Of a DNA stretch of 64,000 nucleotides, positions 38,329-46,590 are shown in pieces. The notes beneath the pieces were generated by a model, which was not told the DNA's origin, did no database searches, and saw only the letters and a program-made list of their open reading frames with translations. Position 1 is the stretch's first letter; each line of letters starts with the position of its first letter. This DNA is from a virus, in the IMG/VR virus record IMGVR_UViG_3300025914_000009, positions 32,001 to 96,000 of that record. One strand, given 5' to 3'. Made by a program: the position numbers and the translations under genes.

Positions 38329-38393
38329 GTATACTCTCTAAAAGCCTTTGGGTGAATGGATGGATTAAAAGGATTTAGAGGCAGGGGTGAAAA

Positions 38394-39008
38394 TTGAGAT
38401 CCCCTGTCTCTTTTTTTAAATTCTATATTATGAAGCTATCTGAAAAGGGTAAAGATATCATTGAGGTCTTCATATTTAACATGAAATGGATCTTGCTTGC
38501 TTTCCTTATCAAATTAGGATGGGATCTTATGGTTCTAGCCTATTTTGTATACAGTCAGCCTGAACTCACTCAAGCCCAGCTGATGCATTTCATTGAGGAT
38601 GTGGATATTACAATGATTGCAATCCTTATAAAGATGATGATAGCAGGTGGTTATAACTCTTCTATATCCAAGAAACATGATTTTGATTCAGAGAATATTA
38701 GTAGTGGGCAGTTAAAGATTAAGATGGGTACATCTATCATAGGTATCTCTTCTGTTCATATGCTAAAAGTATTCATGGAGTCAGAGAATTTGACTGTGGA
38801 AGAAATATGGAAGAAAACTATTGTCCACTGTGCTTTTATTGTTGGAGGACTAGCACTATCTTTGATTGATTATTTACACTGTAAAACAGAATCTCATGAG
38901 ACAATACCTACTTCTGGCTCTTTGCCTCATGTTAATAACATGGGGATGTCTGGAGAACACTCATTTCCACAGATACAAGAAAGCAAAGGTTTACACGGAG
39001 AGAAATGA
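38394..39008 (+). CDS. UPF0114/YqhA-like membrane protein
   Basis: DVDITMIAILIKMMIAGGYNSSISK and LKIKMGTSIIGISSVHMLKVF; several TM helices; start probably ~38430. Confidence 0.75.
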   Translation: MRSPVSFFKFYIMKLSEKGKDIIEVFIFNMKWILLAFLIKLGWDLMVLAYFVYSQPELTQAQLMHFIEDVDITMIAILIKMMIAGGYNSSISKKHDFDSENISSGQLKIKMGTSIIGISSVHMLKVFMESENLTVEEIWKKTIVHCAFIVGGLALSLIDYLHCKTESHETIPTSGSLPHVNNMGMSGEHSFPQIQESKGLHGEK

Positions 39009-39324
39009 TGATGGATCAGTCTTTCTTTACTATTACATATTAGCTACCTCCAATAACTATGGAGGGTCAAGCTATTATTATTACTCCAGTAGGACTGCTG
39101 TTACTACATTCTCCCCTGCGGGCTGGTCAAACTCATCAATTGACCCAGTGAGCAAATTTGAAAACCTCAAGGAGGAGGATAAGGAGGTTGATGTTGATCT
39201 TGATGAAGAAGTTAATGGAGATATGATGGAAGAGATGCAAGACGATCCTGATATTTCAGAGGTAGGAGATGACTCAGCAGGTGATTCCTCTGGAGATTCA
39301 TCAGGGGATGGTTCAGGTGACTAA
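38866..39324 (+). CDS. Exported/lipoprotein-like protein with acidic tail
   Basis: MRQYLLLALCLMLITWGC signal; D/S/G-rich C-terminus. Confidence 0.55.
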   Translation: MIIYTVKQNLMRQYLLLALCLMLITWGCLENTHFHRYKKAKVYTERNDDGSVFLYYYILATSNNYGGSSYYYYSSRTAVTTFSPAGWSNSSIDPVSKFENLKEEDKEVDVDLDEEVNGDMMEEMQDDPDISEVGDDSAGDSSGDSSGDGSGD

Positions 39325-39330
39325 TTTCAA

Positions 39331-40200
39331 AAGGGCACATACAGCAAACATTATAACAATTCACCTACATTTGAATTAAAAGTGTGCCCTGTTAAGGTCT
39401 GCAACAGCAAATATATCCTTGTGGCACTGGGGGTCAGTGGTGGAAATCCACTCTGTGGGGAAACCCAAAGTAGCTTAGTACTTAGAGCACCAGTTGGAGA
39501 AAAAATGCAGACCTGTTAAGATACCTAACAGCAAACAATTTGATCCTCTTGTGGATTAGTAGCTTAATTGGTAAAGCGCCCAATTGATAATTGGGAGATC
39601 CTAGTTCAATTCTAGGCTTTAAAGAGGTATCTGATAAGGGTTCTTACAGCAAATATTAGCAAATGGAAACCTTTGGTCGGAGGTTCAAATCCTCCCCTCC
39701 CAACCAGATTTGGTGTCACCCTAAGGTGTTCAGGACAGCCAAATCTGGTGACTAATCAACCTGACCATATCTGGTTGGGAGGTAGCTCAGTCTGGTTAGA
39801 GCAGAGGATGCAACAAAAGAACCCTGATAAGGAGACTTACAGCAAAACAACTCAACTTTCAACCGTTTATTTGAAATAGAGAGTCTCCTGATAAAGTGCC
39901 ACACAGCAAATATTAATTCTTTTTCAACAAAGACCGCCCCTGGATGGGAGGAAGCTAAAGAGGTTCGATTCCTCAGGCACTTGATAAGGTGAGCAGCAGC
40001 ATTTAACTAAATAATGGCCCTAAGGTTGGGAAAACTGAAACAGTCATACCGATACTCTCATAGGTTAATACGAAAAGAGTAGTGTCAAAGGCCCCAAGGG
40101 GTACTGGCGGCTATACAAAGAATATGCTCATCTGATAAGGTCACATACAGCAAAAAGCTAAAAGCAATCATCTTGTAAATGATAAAAACTGTGACCTGAT
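39331..40200 (+). ncRNA. Tandem array of 8 stem-closed ACAGCAAA RNA cassettes (Y-RNA-like)
   Basis: Each unit: 7-9 bp closing stem, ACAGCAAA (39341, 39404, 39528, 39646, 39839, 39903, variant 39996, 40147), variable payload, complementary strand, linker G(A/T)TA. Confidence 0.85.
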
Positions 40201-40354
40201 AAGTAGAGTCTGAAAACCTAAAACATTAATTACGTACCCCCACTACAGGTTGGACTATTTCTATTATCCTACGCCAAGTTCATTGACATATGGTTGGTGA
40301 ATTATCTCCTGTTTGATTTGATAGTAGTGGTGGTATGTCTAAAACCACATTAAC

Positions 40355-40732
40355 ATGACCCCTGAACAGGTAAGAGATCTATGTATCAATATAGACATGA
40401 AATGTCTTGGTAATGATTCGTTCTACCTAAGGATAGAAAGGGATAATGAGCAACCTGTCGATGGGAGAGTCTTTATTCAGGTTAATTACAGTGCTCCTTG
40501 CATAAAGACTGGTGAGTTGAGACAATGGAGTGGTAGAAAGTGGTATCTTTCCAGACACATGACTCAAGATGAAGTGATTAAGACAGCATTTGCTGCTTTC
40601 AAGGCTGCAGTAGAACATGAGATTCTGGAAGGGTTTAGCGTAGGGGGAAAATTACTATTCAATCCTCATGTTGACTTTACAGAATTATTATCTATCTCCC
40701 AGAGGGAGGTAAAAAGAACAGAACAAACTTAA
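40355..40732 (+). CDS. Phage hypothetical protein
   Basis: GRKWYLSRHMT...EHEILEGF. Confidence 0.75.
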   Translation: MTPEQVRDLCINIDMKCLGNDSFYLRIERDNEQPVDGRVFIQVNYSAPCIKTGELRQWSGRKWYLSRHMTQDEVIKTAFAAFKAAVEHEILEGFSVGGKLLFNPHVDFTELLSISQREVKRTEQT

Positions 40733-40742
40733 AGATTTACTT

Positions 40743-41234
40743 ATGAAGCCGATGGTTATTACAGAAGACTTGGCAACAATTGGAATGAGAGTAATGAGAG
40801 GCCCTAGCTGGGCGTGAGGGGATCAGGATGGAGGGATAGGCGGTAAAGGAACCATTACTAAATTACTACAAAATGGTTGGGTAATGGTAAAGTGGGATAA
40901 TAGCACCTCTGATGCTCTATATAGAGTAGGACATGGTGGTGATTATGATCTTGTGATGTATGATCCCTTTACTAGCACTGGGATTAATCTCGCAAACCCT
41001 TATTCCAAAAGAGTTAGCCAAGCAAACCAAGCTCTACAAAGCTTGTCGGAAAGTATTAAGAAAACCACTTCTTTAACAGAAAAATCAAATACAAAACATG
41101 GAAACACAAACACAGGATCAGGCAGCAACAGACCAAACCCCATTAAAGTACGCCGCCCTATTAGCACAATCGAAGGATCAAAAAGACGAAGCAGAGCGCC
41201 AATTAAATGTGGAAGAGGCTCAGCAAGATCTTGA
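40743..41234 (+). pseudogene. MIB/HERC2-domain gene interrupted by in-frame TGA (pseudogene or readthrough)
   Basis: IGMRVMRGPSWA*GDQDGG...WVMVKWD...YRVGHGGDYDL; TGA at 40815 where Trp is conserved. Confidence 0.7.
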
Positions 41235-41406
41235 TTCCGCGATCCTTAACCAGAAAAGATCCATTTCTGGAGCAACAAGAAGGCTGCAGGAAATTAAGGG
41301 AAGGTTCCCTCTGGACATTGATGCAATCATTGATGCACAGACAGAACTGAGAGATCTGCAATTAGGTCTTACTGACTTAAATGCCCTGAAAGTAGAGTTA
41401 TTCTAA
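41098..41406 (+). CDS. Hypothetical coiled-coil protein
   Basis: 102 aa ORF. Confidence 0.65.
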   Translation: METQTQDQAATDQTPLKYAALLAQSKDQKDEAERQLNVEEAQQDLDSAILNQKRSISGATRRLQEIKGRFPLDIDAIIDAQTELRDLQLGLTDLNALKVELF

Positions 41407-41894
41407 GGTACACTATGTACTATTTTCTGGGAAGGAGAGCACACTTACTCTTTCCCAGTTTTTTTTGTAAAGAAGGGATATGAGAGCAGCTAATATTCAA
41501 CAGGGCCCCGAGGGAGAGAATGGAGGATGCTTAACATTGATTATCATTATCTTAATCATGATCCTTCTAAAAATATGTATTGGAAGATAGTTATGAAACA
41601 GGGTTAATTTTGAAGTCAACAAAAGGCTTAAACCACAAAATCCCTGAATATGGTAAAAGGAAGAAGATACAGGCTGGTTTATTCCAATAGGCCCCCTTTT
41701 GACACTAGACCATATGGTCTATATGTCTATACCAATAACTTCGAAGGTCTGGTAAGAGTGATATGCAGAACTGAGATTGAAGAGGCCCGAAAAAGAGTGA
41801 AGGCGAACAAAAGAGGAACCTTTTACAAGTATACTCCATCAAAAGAGTATATGCGTGCATTAAATAAATTTCATAGTCATTAAAATTCAGACTC

Positions 41895-42686
41895 ATGTTA
41901 AAGTTAAACAAGTTACTGGCACTAGTAGAGTCCTCTACTCCTGTATTCAGAAAACTTATTGCAGAATACAAACTCTTTTTCGAAAAGAAACAAGGTGAAT
42001 TTCAAGGTGTTCGAAAGACTTACACCCCAAGGGAAGGTACAAAGGATGAGCCTTCTATGCGACAGTTTAAACAAGTTGTTACTACTATTCAGGAGAAGCT
42101 CAAATATATGGAACAAAACTCCTTTGAGCACCTAAATAATGTTATGTCTGTAGAAGCTACAAATGCTTCAGGTGCAGCAAAGGCAGAATTGGTAGTAAAT
42201 GGTATCAGCTTTGGAAAGCTATCTACGCTAGAGCTTATGAAGCTTAAGTCTATTCTCGAAAAGGAGGGACTGGAAGCTATGTATGCAACTATACCTGTAA
42301 GAAGTGATGCTGAGATATGGAACCCTACTATTGATCCTCTCTATCAAAATAGAGAGATCATGGAAACTCCAATGCAGACAGGTGTTAGTAAGAGTATTGA
42401 GAAAGAGGAGTATATTCTGGCAGATCCCAATCTAAAGAATATGGCAGACACTTCAAGATATACTCCGGTGAAATCTGTGAAGAATACTATTGTTGATTTG
42501 GGAGATTATACACTGCAACACTTCTCAGGGGAATCTACTCATAAGTATAGAGCCAGCATACTTAAGAAAAGAAGTGATTTACTGGAAGCTATCAATGGTG
42601 CTATCAAAGAGGCTAATGATGTACCTGTAGTTCAATCAGAATTCAGTGCTTTCAAGTTATTTGATTATCTTCACGGCGAAGATTAA
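41895..42686 (+). CDS. Conserved 263 aa helical protein
   Basis: KLN...GVRKTYTP...FSG...EAN...FDYL; resembles, from memory only, a family found near TROVE/Y-RNA loci. Confidence 0.7.
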   Translation: MLKLNKLLALVESSTPVFRKLIAEYKLFFEKKQGEFQGVRKTYTPREGTKDEPSMRQFKQVVTTIQEKLKYMEQNSFEHLNNVMSVEATNASGAAKAELVVNGISFGKLSTLELMKLKSILEKEGLEAMYATIPVRSDAEIWNPTIDPLYQNREIMETPMQTGVSKSIEKEEYILADPNLKNMADTSRYTPVKSVKNTIVDLGDYTLQHFSGESTHKYRASILKKRSDLLEAINGAIKEANDVPVVQSEFSAFKLFDYLHGED

Positions 42687-42915
42687 ATTCTCTTTTATGC
42701 CTAAATCTAAAAGGTTAAGACCTTCCAGTACCCCTGGGAGGCAAAAGAACTCCAACTGTCAGAAAAGTGTTGCTAAAAACTTTGTAACTTTGGACACCAA
42801 AGGGTTTAAAAAAGAACCCAATTTGTGGCTTCAAGGATGCATAGAGATTAGCAATATGAAGGGTAACTACCCTACGCAGGAGGTAATACAATCACGTAAC
42901 TAAAAACATTGTGAG

Positions 42916-43389
42916 ATGGATGTACAATATTTTATAGATAAGTTTGGGGCTATTCCTGAAGAACAATGGACAACTGAGTGCTATCAAGATAACCAAAACA
43001 GGAGATGTGCTCTTGGTCACTGCTCTCCAAATGTTATGAGTAAGTATAAAGATGAACGAGTGGAGAGCTTTGTTGAGATAGCAGAGAGTCAAGAGGAAGA
43101 AGGCAGAGTGCTTTTGCAGTTATTTTGGGATCATGAGCTCTGTGTTCCACCAGTGAATGATGGATACGAGATAAGGTACACACAAGGTACCCCAAAGCAA
43201 AGAATCCTAGCTGCCCTAAGGGATATACAGAAGAAGGAACAGATGAAGACTGCTTCTATAATTCCTCTTTGCTCAGAGTGTGGCAAACCTATCACAGAAT
43301 GTGATTGTGAAGAAGAGATTGACGAGGAAGAAGATTGGGGCGCAGGAGCTGCAGAAGAGGTAGATCATATAGTACTAGAAGTTATTTAA
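42916..43389 (+). CDS. Hypothetical protein, paralog of 34731 with CxxC/acidic tail
   Basis: IPEEQW...RCALGHC...TPKQRI. Confidence 0.65.
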   Translation: MDVQYFIDKFGAIPEEQWTTECYQDNQNRRCALGHCSPNVMSKYKDERVESFVEIAESQEEEGRVLLQLFWDHELCVPPVNDGYEIRYTQGTPKQRILAALRDIQKKEQMKTASIIPLCSECGKPITECDCEEEIDEEEDWGAGAAEEVDHIVLEVI

Positions 43390-43400
43390 ATATTTGACCT

Positions 43401-43471
43401 AGACTTAGACTTAGACTTAAGCTCAAATCAGTCCCCAGACGATTTAGACTTAGACTTGTGTCAAAAGACTT
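43401..43471 (+). repeat. AGACTT hexamer repeats (6 copies)
   Basis: 3 tandem at 43401, 2 tandem at 43446, 1 at 43466. Confidence 0.8.
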
Positions 43472-43490
43472 AGGTTCAGAACAACAAAAT

Positions 43491-43925
43491 AAGATGTCAG
43501 GTAGTTAATTAAATCCATAGGTCGCAGGTTTGAATCCTGTCTCCGCCTCTGTTCCGTAGCATTTTTTGTTTAAACGGCTGGTGTTTCTACATTAGCCTCA
43601 TTTTAAACCAAATACTCATCATATGGCAGGAAAAGCTGGTGGTAAAGGTGGCAGAAAGATCGGAAGAAACAAGCGTAGAAATGAAAGAAAAGGTAGTCCA
43701 ATCTCCCTTTTTGTTAGAGGAAAGATCACTGCGCACAAGTATTGGGAATTAACTGGGTTGTCTTCTCGTATTAAGCAGAGAGAAGCTGCCTAAAGTATCT
43801 ATTGTCCAATAATAGACAAGTCCAGAGAACTGAGTTTCTACTCCCTTCTCTGGCATTCAAGGCGGAGTAGTTCAGTTGACAGAACAATGGAATAATATTA
43901 GCTTAAGGCTACTTGAAAACATCTT
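43491..43925 (+). ncRNA. Split, circularly permuted tRNA-like RNA enclosing a small ORF
   Basis: 3' half (TCCAT, T arm, CTCCGCC) at 43514-43547; 5' half (GGCGGAG, D arm, ATGGA) at 43861-43891; outer stem AAGATGT-CAGGTAG/CTACTTG-ACATCTT. Confidence 0.7.
43623..43793 (+). CDS. Small basic G/K/R-rich protein (56 aa)
   Basis: MAGKAGGKGGRKIGRNKRR...KQREAA. Confidence 0.6.
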   Translation: MAGKAGGKGGRKIGRNKRRNERKGSPISLFVRGKITAHKYWELTGLSSRIKQREAA

Positions 43926-43952
43926 GACAGTGAAAAACTGTATTAATTACAG

Positions 43953-43991
43953 GGAGGGCGGATAGGATAGATTCCCCCCTCCCCTTTTTTT
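43953..43991 (+). terminator. Intrinsic terminator
   Basis: GGGAGGG...CCCTCCC followed by T-run. Confidence 0.7.
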
Positions 43992-44008
43992 CTTCTTATC
44001 TATCACAA

Positions 44009-44102
44009 GGCGAAGTATGCAAATTGGTAAAGCAGTCCTCGTTGAGAGGATGGGACTAAATTCTGGGTAATGTCCATGGTAGTTCGAATCTATCCCTCGC
44101 CA
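44009..44102 (+). ncRNA. Leu-type tRNA-like RNA with non-canonical anticodon loop
   Basis: Acceptor GGCGAAG/CCTCGCC, D loop AAATTGGTAAA, long variable arm, loop CGTTGAG lacks U33. Confidence 0.6.
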
Positions 44103-44115
44103 CTAAAATTCTTTT

Positions 44116-44349
44116 ATGAAAAGACTTCTTTATTTATGTATCATTCTCCTATCCTTTGGGGGATGTGGTGAGAAAAAGCCTATAAAGGGTGATTGGATCT
44201 GGGTTCATATTGATACAGATCTTAGTGAATTCAATGGTAAAATCATCTCACAAATGATTCCCGGAGATGGAGATCAGATAACTATTGTTTTTACTGACAC
44301 AACTAGAGTTACTCTTAAAGCCTGCTCTAATCTTAAACTCTACAAGTAA
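44116..44349 (+). CDS. Putative lipoprotein
   Basis: MKRLLYLCIILLSFGGC lipobox-like signal. Confidence 0.6.
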   Translation: MKRLLYLCIILLSFGGCGEKKPIKGDWIWVHIDTDLSEFNGKIISQMIPGDGDQITIVFTDTTRVTLKACSNLKLYK

Positions 44350-44846
44350 TGAAACCATATTTTGCTAAATATCTTCCTATAGAAGGAGAAATAAAAGAAG
44401 GGGATATAGTACTTATAAAGGGAATATTACAGTTCTACTTTGTTGATCGGGTGAAAGAAACCCCTAGTGAAAAGTATAAGCTCTTCCTCTGTGGTAGAGA
44501 TATACAAATAGGAGACTATATTCATGGTTTGAGAGAAGGAGGATGGGATACTGAACATCAGGGAATTGCTTTGGAACAGGACAGAGGTTACTTTTTTATA
44601 GAAGGTATTATCGAAGGGGGGTTGCGCAAATTCAGACTTAGACAATGTTTCAAAGTAATAGGAGAAATATCTCCTGAAGCCAAAGTACAGGAAGGAGATG
44701 AGTTTGATTATGGAGAAGTATTAATAAGCTATTGTTGTGAGAAAGGAGATGAGTGTGATAAGCATTTTGGAGAGCAATTATGTTCAGCACCCCATGAAAT
44801 ACTAAATCTTATTAAGATTAAGTGTCCTTGGGGTCATTTTCATTAA
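44349..44846 (+). CDS. Hypothetical protein
   Basis: 165 aa ORF. Confidence 0.65.
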   Translation: MKPYFAKYLPIEGEIKEGDIVLIKGILQFYFVDRVKETPSEKYKLFLCGRDIQIGDYIHGLREGGWDTEHQGIALEQDRGYFFIEGIIEGGLRKFRLRQCFKVIGEISPEAKVQEGDEFDYGEVLISYCCEKGDECDKHFGEQLCSAPHEILNLIKIKCPWGHFH

Positions 44847-45289
44847 AAATTCATGCAATGAAGACGTATAAAGGCTTGATTCTCAAGCGTTCAGATATCC
44901 CAGACAATGGGATATTTGTTTTTGGGGCCAATACTGAAGGTAGGCATAGCAAGGGAGCTGCTTTGGTGGCTTATAGGCACTTTGATGCAGAGTATCGTAA
45001 TCCTCAAGGCCCCCAGGGAAGATCATATGCAATAATTACCAAAGACTTACGTAAAAAGGTTCATCCTTCTATTCCAAGGTTCTATATAGAGTCAGAGATT
45101 AGAGCTTTGTATAAATTTGCAGAGCGCCATACTCATCTGGAGTTCTATATAGCTTATGGTACTGGAAAGAATTTGAATGCTTATTCCCCTCAGGAAATGG
45201 CAGACATGTTCTCCAAATTCCCTATTCCTGAGAATGTAGTATTCAATGAGGAGTTCTCCAAATTGTTAACATTAAAAACTGCAGCATGA
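44822..45289 (+). CDS. Macrodomain-like phage protein (IFVFGxN family)
   Basis: IFVFGANTEGRHSKGAA...QGRSYAI; start probably ~44858. Confidence 0.65.
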   Translation: MSLGSFSLKIHAMKTYKGLILKRSDIPDNGIFVFGANTEGRHSKGAALVAYRHFDAEYRNPQGPQGRSYAIITKDLRKKVHPSIPRFYIESEIRALYKFAERHTHLEFYIAYGTGKNLNAYSPQEMADMFSKFPIPENVVFNEEFSKLLTLKTAA

Positions 45290-46163
45290 GTGAAGAGATA
45301 AAGCCTGGTTGGCAAACCGCATTGTTCCTTATTTTCTTTGTATTATTGCAGTTGTTAGCTTTGCTCCCTATTTACTTAATTTTAAAAAGCTTACAATGAG
45401 TGAACAACAAGAGAAAAAGACCACCCTTGGGGATCCTATGTATGTAGAGTCTCTAATGACCCCTGATGAGTGGTCAAGGAGAAGGAGGGAATACCCATCT
45501 ACTAGCCACTTTCATTACCATGAGGTTAATAGATTGAAAACCAACTCATTCAAGTGGAGATTTGGTATGGGTGAACGCCTTAGCCCTACTGAGATTGGTA
45601 ATATCAACATGAATCTTGATTATTTACGTAAAAAATTCAAAGTATGATAACACTTAACGTAGTATTAATAATGCTACTATGGTTAATATTAGGACTTTTC
45701 ATCTGCCATAAAGCCAATTGGTTCAAACATTTTGGTAATGGTTATGATCCAGAGCCAGCTGCTTGTATATTTGCAGTATTATGTGCTCCAGTTGTATTCA
45801 TAGTAAACTTTATAAACCGATTCTTCATCCAAAAATGGCACTAATGAGAAAGAACAAAAAGCACCTTAGGTTTTATAATAGATGTATAGAAGGACGTGAC
45901 ATGTGGAAGTTTACTAAGGAGGGTGGTATAAGTCCTCTTTATGGATTATGTCATGCAGTAGATTTAGGTCTGATTGATGAACAGACATTTGATCGTTTTC
46001 ACCCAACTGAGGATGATATTAAGTGGCTCAACTGGGAGGGTTATAGCACAGCATTTTGGGGATTAGGTAAAGAAGATGCTGAGATAATGGAATTTACTCC
46101 TTTAAGACAAACAATTGTACTTTTCATGGCTGCTATAAAAGGGGAGCTATAAAAACACAACTT

Positions 46164-46589
46164 ATGAATCCAGAAATCAAAAAAAAGTGGCTAGAAGCTC
46201 TTAAAAGTGGTAGATATAAAAGGGTAAAGGGACAGCTAAAACACAGAGAAGGAGAGACTGTTAAACACTGTTGTCTTGGTGTCCTTTGTGAGCTTCATCA
46301 TGAAATGACTGGTGAAGGAAATTGGGATAATAATAGCATGGAAGGATATTTCTCAAAAACTAACTCTATTGATAATAGTGCTCTTGTTCTCCCTGCGATA
46401 GTGAGAGATTGGGCAGGGTTAGATAGTCAAAATGCCCTTTTCGTACTAGATGATGATGAACTCAGGGAAAAGGCAAGGAAGATGTCAAATGATTATATTC
46501 TGACAGAGGCTAGTCTTACTGAAATAAATGATCTGTCTGAAGAAAAAGACTTCTCTGATGTGATTCCTTTCATAGAAAAACTATTCTAA
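46164..46589 (+). CDS. Phage hypothetical protein
   Basis: WLEALKSGRY...GQL...CCLGVLCE. Confidence 0.7.
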   Translation: MNPEIKKKWLEALKSGRYKRVKGQLKHREGETVKHCCLGVLCELHHEMTGEGNWDNNSMEGYFSKTNSIDNSALVLPAIVRDWAGLDSQNALFVLDDDELREKARKMSNDYILTEASLTEINDLSEEKDFSDVIPFIEKLF

Positions 46590-46590
46590 T

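Noticed and set aside
39673-39879. 68 aa ORF inside the cassette array
   Set aside because: Reads through tRNA-like structure from a non-ATG start; better explained as ncRNA
39331-40200. CRISPR array
   Set aside because: Only ~8 nt are constant, units vary from about 60 to 190 nt, flanks pair within each unit, and no cas genes are in the window
23932-43853. GTTTCTAC hairpins as Cas12a repeat mimics (TTTCTAC)
   Set aside because: In Cas12a repeats TCTAC pairs with GTAGA; here TTCT is the loop and no GTAGA partner is present
43491-43925. Two-piece tmRNA, because the enclosed ORF ends in AA
   Set aside because: No G3:U70, a full D arm is present, the ORF has its own ATG and sits on the acceptor side rather than in place of the anticodon arm
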